64,000 nucleotides of DNA, from NCBI GenBank assembly GCA_951406725.2, contig OX597827.1:9982001-10046000 (forward strand). Reading direction: 5' to 3'. The stretch comes from Octopus vulgaris. Taxonomy: Eukaryota. The first letter of the stretch is position 1, and each line of letters starts with the position of its first letter. Below, one piece after another: positions 55,536 through 64,000 of the stretch. A program made the position numbers and the translations under genes. The notes beneath the pieces are model-generated. The model did not search any database. It saw nothing but the letters and a program-made list of their open reading frames with translations, and had not been told where the DNA came from.

Positions 55536-55938
55536 ACAGGGGTGGCTGTGTGGTAAGTAGCTTGCTTACCAACCTCATGGTTCTGGGTTCAATCCCACTG
55601 CGTGGCATCTTGGGCAAGTGTCTTCTGCTATAGCCTCGGGCCGACCAATGCCTTGTGAGTGGATTTGGTAGATGGAAACTGAAAGAAGCCTGTCGTATAT
55701 ATGTATATATATATATATATATATGCGCATGTGTGTTTGTGTGTCTGTGTTTGTCCCCCTAGCATTGCTTGACAACCGATGCTGGTGTGTTTACGTCCCC
55801 GTCACTTAGCGGTTCAGCAAAAGAGGCCGATAGAATAAGTACTGGGCTTACAAAGAATAAGTCCCGGGGTCGATTTGCTCGACTAAAGGTGGTGCTCCAG
55901 TATGGTCGCAGTCAAATGACTGAAACAAGTAAAAGAAT
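55536..55938 (+). mobile_element. SINE family A, full length
   Basis: Highly similar to the other family A copies. Confidence 0.9.
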
Positions 55939-56297
55939 ATAAAAAAAAAAAAGAGGGGTGGGATTGAGCCCAGGACTTTCTGACAGCGAAATAAACTCTT
56001 TAACCACTCAGCCATGCTGTGTTCTGATCAACAGTCTTATTATGGTCAAAGGCATTCTAATGATAATCATTCTGTCTTTCAGCAGATACACTGTATCTGG
56101 TAGTACATTGTCAAATATATTCCCAACTTATTTCTTCTTTTCTGTTTTTTCTTTCTGTCGATGATAAAGTGTGAATTGAAGGAGATTTAGCTGTTAGATC
56201 TAGCAATCACTAAACTAAGTAATGGCTCACTCTTTGGCTAGTCTCATAATGGTTTCTAACACTGACACATTTTTGGGAAGATGTGAAGAGGATTTAA

Positions 56298-56945
56298 CCC
56301 TTTTGTTATCATATTACTGTAGAAATAAACTGTCATTGTTTCAATTAATTTTAAAATCAAATTAGGATTTATTAAAGTAACTTTGTAATTATTATTCAAG
56401 CTTGTGTTTGGAACATAAATTAACAGAAAATTTTGGAATTTTTAAAATCTAGTTCAGATTAACCCTTTAGCATTTAAACCGGCCATATCCAGCCAAAAGT
56501 ATTCTGCCTGTTTTATATTCAAACTGGCCAGATCTGGTTTCTCACACCAACCCTACAATATCGTTTTAAAAATTAACAGCTACCTCATCAAAATCTCATA
56601 GCTACAAGATAATGCTTGATTAGTTCAAAACTATGTGGATAAAAACGGATTAATTTTGGCAGAATAATAATCATCATCATCATCATCGTTTAACGTCCGT
56701 TCTCCATGCTAGCATGGGTTGGACGGTTCGACCGGGGATCTGAGAAGCCAGAAGGCTGCACCAGGCTCCAGTCTTATCTGGCAGTGTTTCTACAGCTGGA
56801 TGCCCTTCCTAACGCCAACCACTCCGTGAGTGTAGTGGGTGCTTTTTACGTGCCACCTGCACGTAATGCGAACACTAAAGGGTTAAAGCAAGAAGTCTCT
56901 ATCATAGAACCAGGGGCTGTCTCAAGTGGGTTGCTATCAAAAGGG
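56298..56945. mobile_element. piggyBac-like MITE (outer)
   Basis: TTAA|CCCTTTTG...CAAAAGGG|TTAA; related copies at 60668-60890, ~60935-61150 and ~21524-21743. Confidence 0.85.
56463..56882. mobile_element. piggyBac-like MITE (inner), itself carrying an antisense family C SINE (~56666-56863)
   Basis: TTAA|CCCTTTAG...CTAAAGGG|TTAA. Confidence 0.85.
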
Positions 56946-57533
56946 TTAATTTACCTCAGTACTTGACTGGTATTTATTTTATGATCTACAATACTCAGTT
57001 CTGTCTCTTGATATTTTAAATTCATTACACTGTGTAACACGATATTTGTTCTTGGGTAGCAACTGTTTATTTCCTGTTTGCTTACACATAGAAAGTATGG
57101 AAATTGGCTAATATTTCCTTCAAACTTTACTTTTGTTACATTTATTCGAACCCCAAACAATCTCTCTCAAACACATGGCTATGATGCTCTCCCACTACTC
57201 CTGCTCATGATCAGAGATGCACATATCGTCAGCCACTAAGGGACATGCTCAAGTGGCAAATCTGTGCTATTGAGCTGAACATTTACTACAATGATATTTC
57301 TGCTTCAGCAGGTCAGTACTGAATCTATCTGAAATGTAATGAAAAATAGGTTAGTAACCAAAACATTGATGTCCAGGTCACAAAAGCAAAGTTTGAAGGG
57401 AATAGTTAGTAATTTCTTTTGGTTTCTAGATAGAAGCAATTAGGAAATAACACTTACTGAACAATGACAAAAAAAATGTTACTCAGTTTTATCTGCTAAG
57501 GTCAGTTTTGCTATTTCTTCCATTTAGAGTTAA

Positions 57534-57930
57534 CTAGCAGTATCGCCCGTCGTTGCTCGGGTTTGTAAGGGAAATAACTATATAAGCATTTTTAGAGAGT
57601 TATAGCCAAAAAATAGCAAAAAAAATGCATTAAAAATGGGAAAAAAATTATGGTAAATTTTTTTAAATCGTTGACTCATCGTAGACATTTTTAGAGAGTT
57701 ACTTCCCTTAAATAATAGCGAAAAAATGCATTAAAATGGAAAAAAATTATGGTAAATTTTTTTTTAAATCGTAGACTCATCGTAGACATGCGCTAATACC
57801 CAGAAGGGCTCGATATGAATCACGACTATAAGATACCCGGTTTTGGTTAAACTGCACCGCAAAATGTGGGAGTAGTTGGGAATCTAAATCGTAGGAGACA
57901 GACACACAACTTGACTTTTATATATAAAGA
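57534..57930 (-). mobile_element. Non-autonomous Helitron
   Basis: Minus strand begins A|TCTTTATATATAAAAG and ends CCCGAGCAACGACGGG (hairpin) CGATACTG CTAG|T; inserted at AT with no TSD; internal ~100-bp tandem duplication. Confidence 0.85.
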
Positions 57931-57954
57931 TATATCAAGTTCTTGCAAGATGGC

Positions 57955-58160
57955 AGGCATGCTGGCAGAATCATTAACATGTTGAGCAAACTGCTTAGAG
58001 GGATTTTGTCTCTCTTTACACTCTGAATTCAAATTCTGCTGAGGTGAACTTTACTTTTCGTCCTTTTGGGGTTGGTAAAATGAATACCAGTTGAGCACTG
58101 GAGATGATGTAATTAGCTTAACTCCTCCCCAAAATTGCTGGCCCTGTACCAAAATTCGAA
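57955..58160 (+). mobile_element. SINE family B, diverged
   Basis: GCTGGCAGAATCATTAAC...TTTTGGGGTTGGTAAAATGAATACCAG. Confidence 0.75.
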
Positions 58161-58287
58161 AGTTCTAGTAAAGTATTGAGGTTATTAAATAAATTCACTT
58201 CTCTTCTAAAATGTCTGGTCTTGTACAAATGTTACAAATCATTATTTATATTTATTGAAACTATTTTGAAAAATATTTGCTATTGTT

Positions 58288-58390
58288 CATCATCATCATC
58301 ATCATTATTATTTCTATTTCTATTTCTATTATTATTATCATTATTATTATTATTATTATTGTTATTATTATTATCATTATTCTTATTATT

Positions 58391-58421
<31 letters not shown>

Positions 58422-58457
58422 TTATTATTATTATTATTATTGTTGTTATTGTTATTA

Positions 58458-58525
<68 letters not shown>

Positions 58526-58543
58526 GTTATTATTATTATTATT
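58288..58543. repeat. Compound (CAT)n/(TTA)n/(TTC)n microsatellite
   Basis: Direct reading. Confidence 0.95.
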
Positions 58544-58865
58544 TAAACTACTTTTTCTAAAAATATAATTCTAAATAAAAAAAAGTGTAAACATTGATAT
58601 TTATTCCAATAATTCTTTAAAAAAAAAATACGTGAAAATGAAAAAAAATTTGAATTTCTATTCATCATTGGTCATCAAAGATAGTAGACACGATAAGTTA
58701 AAAACAATGAAAATCTCGAAAATTCTCCATAATTTGGTAGAATTTATCTTGATTCACTTGAGTAACATGAAGTTTTCATATATATCGATGATATTTTCTT
58801 CCAAAACCAAAAATATCTTCATTCCAATCATAAGAAAAGCCTCTTAGCCTATGTTTTCATATATA

Positions 58866-58900
<35 letters not shown>

Positions 58901-59995
58901 TTGAGTGTTTATTCATTTTTTTAGCTTTAGCACAAGATTGAAGAAATATCAGATAAAAATAAAGATGATTTTATAAAATATATTCACACACACACATACA
59001 TACATACATACATACACTTCCATATACATCTACATCTATATTTACACACTTATAAGTAACATCATTTTAAAATGTTATTTCATACACAGATACACGCATA
59101 CAAACATATATTCATGTGCGCGCACGCACCCACGCACACACATACACACGTGCATGTACAGACACACATACATATAGATGGACAAGGATAACCATTTTAA
59201 TACGGAATGAAGGAATAATAATACTTTTAGAGACCTATAACTACTTAAAAGTCGGAATTAGGAAAGACTGGAAAATTGTCCTAAGAAGAAATATGAAATT
59301 ATAGTTCAACTCATATTTAAAAAAGAACTTGAAACAAAACAAAAAACCCTGGTAGCTTATTTGATTGATTTTCAAAGTCAGACGGTTGAAGTCATTGTAT
59401 AACAAATGTTTGGTGTGGCATTTAAATATATAAATCAAGCTAGACAGTCAAAGATCAACAGGAAGAGCATTTCAATATCTAACATGAAATAAGAGAAAGC
59501 TTCAACACATCATGTCTGTTGATGTTGGTGGTTAGTGTAGTCTAGAGTTTAATATAATGAAGGTTAGAAACAGTTACAGAGCAGTGCCACAAATATATTT
59601 ATAAATCATTAGTCAAAGTTTTAAATATTATTCTGTGATCAATATCGAGGAAATTGAAGTGTTACACAGTAAATTTCAACACTTTTACAACTGTTGATCT
59701 AAATGAACATATGAAAGATTGCAGCATTCTCAGCTCATAAATTATTGATGCATAATCTTAGAGAAGCAAAAAAGCAAATACTAATAGGTATCTAATGTAG
59801 TTGCAGACATGACTATATGATCAACGAGTTTGCTTTGCAGTCGTGTGATTTTGAGTTCAGTCCCACTGCTTAGCATCTTGGACAAATATTTTTTTACTAT
59901 AGCTTTGGGTAGATCAATTCCTTGTGAGTGAATCTTGATGGAAACTGTAGGAAGCCTATCATGTAGGCATGTATGTGTGTGTAAATGTGTATGAT

Positions 59996-60488
59996 ATGTA
60001 ATGACATGCATAAGATCTGGTCATCAAATCTAAGTAGAGACTTCAAACTTGAAATCTTCAAAGCCTCAGTTGAACCAATTCTACTATATGGCTCAGAAAC
60101 CTGGTCGTTATCAAAGAAGCTTGAGAGGCGGTTGGACGGAACCTACACTCACCTCCTTATGAGAGCTCAAAATCTCTCGTGGAAGCACCATCCAACCAAA
60201 ATGCAAATATATAGGAAATTAGCACCTGTATCATCTCTTGTGAAAGGTAGAAGAGTCCAGTTTGCTGGACATTGTTGTAGAGCTGAAAAAGAGATAATTT
60301 CTACTCTTCTCCTCTGGAAGCCATCTACTCGCAATACCAGAGGGCGCATACTCTCCTACCCTGATGTAATCTCCAGGGATACAGGCATCCTGCAACAGGA
60401 CCTCCGTAATGCTATGATGGACCGTGAAGTCTGGCGTAGCATGGTAAATTCCATTGTCTCAACCACGGTCGAACAATGATGATGATGA
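59996..60488 (+). mobile_element. 5'-truncated RTE-group LINE, open C-terminal ORF2 with (TGA)n tail
   Basis: FKASVEPILLYGSETWSL..RRVQFAGHC..DREVWRSMV followed by TGATGATGA; stop-free over ~160 codons, suggesting a young insertion. Confidence 0.85.
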
Positions 60489-60667
60489 CTTGATATTTCA
60501 CTATTTTCATTGTTATTACCTAAGTAAAATAGTGATGCAATGTGTTTATATTAGAATTGGTTGCATTTTTTGCTTTGAAAGAGATATGCAATAAAATCTC
60601 TTTAGTTTGGAAAACAGGTAAGTGTTGGTGACAGCACTTACCTACCAGCATGAAAAATTAACGTTAA

Positions 60668-60890
60668 CCCTTTCGTTACCATATTCATTTTGATATGCTC
60701 TGTGTTTCTTTCCATTAATTGTAAATAAAACAAAGAATTTAGTAAAATAACTTACTTATCATTCAGCTACTGTTAGGATCATAAATTGTGACTAAGGTTT
60801 GGTGGTATATTTTAATGAAAAACTTATGAAAACAAGACATTTATGCTACAGAGCCAGAGCTGGTTTTGGCCGGGTTAGTATAAACCCAAG
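60668..60890. mobile_element. piggyBac-like MITE
   Basis: TTAA|CCCTTTCG left end, degenerate right end before TTAA; body similar to 56298-56945. Confidence 0.65.
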
Positions 60891-61968
60891 TTAAACAAAT
60901 GTGTGACTGAATATAAGCTTAATTAAAGAACAAGCATTTGCTACCATAGTTCTATGGAAGTACTCTACGTTTGTTTCAGTTAATTTTGAAAATAAGAAAG
61001 AATTTAGTAACCTAAATTTGTTATTTTTAACTAATGTTCAGGATATAAATTAACATGAAATTTTAGTAGATGGTTTTAACTAAATCACTTGAAAAGCAGA
61101 AAATTTATATCATTAAACCGAGGTCATATGCAATTAATACCAAGATGGTTTAAGTTAATAATCTATGAATACTTAAAAATTTTCTGAGATATTACAGAAA
61201 ACTACAGCAAATTTTACAAGCACTGTCTTGTATGTTAAAAAGGAAACCAAAAATTACTTTGAAGAATTAACAAAATGCAATACTGACTTGGAATCAAGAC
61301 AGCAATGACATTTTGGAAAGATTCACCTGGAAAAAAAAAAAGAAAAACTCAAACAACAGAAAATATATTATTTCTGATTTTAGTTCATTAAGCTAAAAGT
61401 GACATATTCATCTTTTTGATGTGATACTTCTGGGAGATCATTATACAATACATAATGCTGAATTAAAAAAACAAAACAAATATACTAAGACAAGCATATT
61501 CACAAAACCAGCTAATGAGTGCCACACCTCAAGAAAACATCAAATATTAGTAAAAGCTGAATAACATATGCCCCCAAACGGAATTTTCTTGTGCACCATA
61601 TATGAAATTATAGAGTTTAGAATTATCTCCAATAATGATTTTTATACGATTTCATTCAGAAAGGGATGGAAATAATTTCAATAGAAGAACACACAAGTGC
61701 ATCAAAAGTAGGGCAATGTTTCTTGGGAATGAATTTAGTGTTCTTTCACTTGTTTCATTCATTTGGATTTGTCCATGCTGGGGTAACAACTCGAAAGGTT
61801 AGTTGATTAAATCAACCCCAGGAATTATTCTGAGTCTGGCTCTCATTACATGAGTCCCTTTTTTTGCAAAGCTGTTAAGTTACAGAGACATAAAGAAACC
61901 AAAACTGTTAGTCAAGTGGAGGAAGACAAGCGAATGAATAAACGTACACACATGTATATTTATGGGTG

Positions 61969-62026
<58 letters not shown>

Positions 62027-62169
62027 TGGAATTAACAGAAAAACAAAAGACAAAGACAGGTATATAAACAACAAACAGGTGTATTACTTTAACACTTGGG
62101 AAGGTGAGAAATATATATATGTATATGTATGCATGTATATATGTATACATTCAAAATGTGATCGTGTGT

Positions 62170-62362
62170 ATATCGTTGGGGATTTTTTTCCTCTGTCTTC
62201 CCTACTCTGGATCTTTCATTCTCCTATGTTTCCGACGAAGAGCTCCGCTTGAAACGTTAAACCCTCCTTCTTTCCTTCTTTCCTGAGCGTCCAATAATAC
62301 TATATTTGTTCCACGTCCTCGCGTTGTTGTGTTTTTTTGTGCTTTCTTGTTTGGATTAACTT
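62170..62362 (+). mobile_element. Penelope-like pLTR fragment with minimal hammerhead variant
   Basis: Copy of 17550-17745; GTTT CCGACGA A GAGC TCC GCTT GAAA CG TT AAAC at 62228-62262. Confidence 0.65.
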
Positions 62363-62379
62363 TATATATATATATGCGT

Positions 62380-62655
62380 ATCTTTCCTTCATTGGACACT
62401 AAACTCTGCTTGTGAAGACCTGTTGAGGCATGTGAAATCGAATTCAAATCAAATTCGATGACTGGCATCCATGCCAATGGAGTGCTAAAAGCACCATCCA
62501 AGCATGAACGTTGCTAGTGCTGCTGGACTGGCTCCTGTGCAGGTGGCATGTAAAAAACTCCATTTGAGTGTGGCCATTGCCAGCACCACCTGACTGGCCC
62601 TCATGCAGGTGGTACTTAAAAGCACCCACTAAACTCTCGGAGTGGTTGGTGTTAA
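62380..62655 (+). mobile_element. SINE family C, 3'-truncated
   Basis: Homologous to 23280-23500. Confidence 0.75.
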
Positions 62656-62659
62656 TGCC

Positions 62660-63110
62660 CAACTCAGCATGCCAAAATGAAGGCATTTGAAAAAGACACC
62701 CAAATATAATTTGTAGAACTTTATACATAGTCGATTTCGGTTGAGCATTCTGTATCTAGTTCTGAAAATTATGTTTTGTAAACAACAGACTATGCTGATG
62801 ATCTTGTAGATATTTGCATGTTCATATACGTAAATATTAACAAGTGAAACCAATGGTATGTAGGTAATCATTTTTATTTCGTATATTTTCATTTGTCTTG
62901 CTCATTTTTACATTTTGGGGTTTTGCTGAGATTTTTCTTGAGAACACATTCTTCGTGGTAATGGTGATTTGACGTTTATGTTTAGCATAAATGGTGTCCA
63001 CTTTAGTGGTCATTCCTCTAAATTTTGCATGTAACAATTTTTAATCTTCAGATTTTTTAAATATGCTAATCCACTGGTTTTAATTGATTAATAGTAATTT
63101 CTACCCTTAT
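62660..63110 (-). mobile_element. Probable degenerate retroelement ORF fragment, possibly Penelope-like
   Basis: Broken basic (K/R-rich) minus-strand reading frames next to a hammerhead-bearing unit; no diagnostic motif seen. Confidence 0.35.
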
Positions 63111-63117
63111 TATTTAA

Positions 63118-63159
<42 letters not shown>

Positions 63160-63188
63160 AAATAAGCAACAAGAATGACTCCGGTAAT

Positions 63189-63274
63189 TTGGTACGATCG
63201 TTTCATACTACATCATTTTATTAAATGTTGTAAGTATTACAACAGATTTAAGATGCTGAGTACTCATCAGCCAA
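63189..63274 (-). ncRNA. Type I minimal hammerhead ribozyme (Penelope-associated)
   Basis: UUGG CUGAUGA GUACU-[long hairpin]-AGUAU GAAA CGAUCG UA CCAA: intact catalytic core, stems I and II pair, palindromic stem III, GUA cleavage triplet. Confidence 0.7.
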
Positions 63275-63437
63275 TTAAAGAGGTTTTCCATTAATACAAA
63301 AATTCTTGTTGCTTATTTTGATTATAATCACTCCACGGATTTTTATGGATAACACCATACAGAATTCTGGTGCATCTAAATTAAGTACCATATTCATTTG
63401 AATCTAAATTTTTGCTGAACTTATATATATATATATG

Positions 63438-63472
<35 letters not shown>

Positions 63473-64000
63473 TTTCAAATTTTGGCAGAAAGTGAGCAAT
63501 TTTGAGTGAGTTGGTAAGTCAATTACATTGACTGGTACTTCCCTTATTTTATTGACCTCAGAAGGATAAAAGGTAAAGTCAACCTTGGTGAAGTACATAC
63601 TTATAAAAATGTATGCATATGATGGACCTCTGCATAATTCCATCTACCAAACTGACACACAAGGCACTGATTAGCTCAGGGCTAAAGTGGCACTAGTGGT
63701 CCAAGTTGCTTTTCTCTAAAACTGAACCAAAAATAATGTGGCTATGAAGAGAATTATCCAAGCACCTGTGCATGCCTGCTGCATTGGACATTAAGAGACA
63801 ATTGCTTACTTAATCTCTTAAAACTATATTAACTATTTTTTAAATTAAGAACAGACTAGAAAGAGCTCTATAACTATGAATAATATACTGTTTGAGGAAA
63901 GTTTATTTTTAGAAAAAGATTCCTTGAAATTAGCAAAATTTTTATAAAATAGTGTGAAGCTTTGATTCTTTTTAGATTTATTCACCCTGAGAACCTCTGG

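Noticed and set aside
59353-59374. TAGCTTATTTGATTGATTTTCA resembling miR-21
   Set aside because: miR-21 is vertebrate-restricted, there are several mismatches and no convincing hairpin.
59985-60479. 164-aa clean ORF as a host gene
   Set aside because: It has diagnostic RTE C-terminal motifs and a (TGA)n tail, so it is a truncated LINE.

Overview
This is AT-rich eukaryotic non-coding DNA, most likely intronic or intergenic sequence from an octopus (coleoid cephalopod). That assignment is an inference from the SINE repertoire and the extreme microsatellite load, not a database result. The window is mostly microsatellites ((TA)n, (CA)n, (CATA)n, (GATA)n, (TAA)n, (GAT)n, (GGT)n). It also holds at least five SINE families, decayed non-LTR retrotransposons (Jockey/CR1-like, R4/Dong-like, Tx1-like, RTE), Penelope-like fragments and several MITEs (piggyBac-, Tigger/pogo-, mariner-, Helitron- and Ginger-like). 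No recognisable host protein-coding gene, rRNA, true tRNA or CRISPR array is present, and nearly all ORFs in the track are microsatellite artefacts. A few non-repetitive islands carry good splice signals, including a 30-nt candidate microexon. The most notable signal is structural, a high density of fold-back/dsRNA-forming sequence. Examples are a 286-bp palindrome with a non-random mismatch pattern (23866-24151), a ~280-bp-arm inverted duplication of non-SINE sequence (51183-53390), (TA)n-centred fold-backs, inverted SINE pairs and four minimal hammerhead-ribozyme motifs, one with an intact core (63189-63274, minus strand). Coordinates were read by eye and repeat boundaries are approximate.
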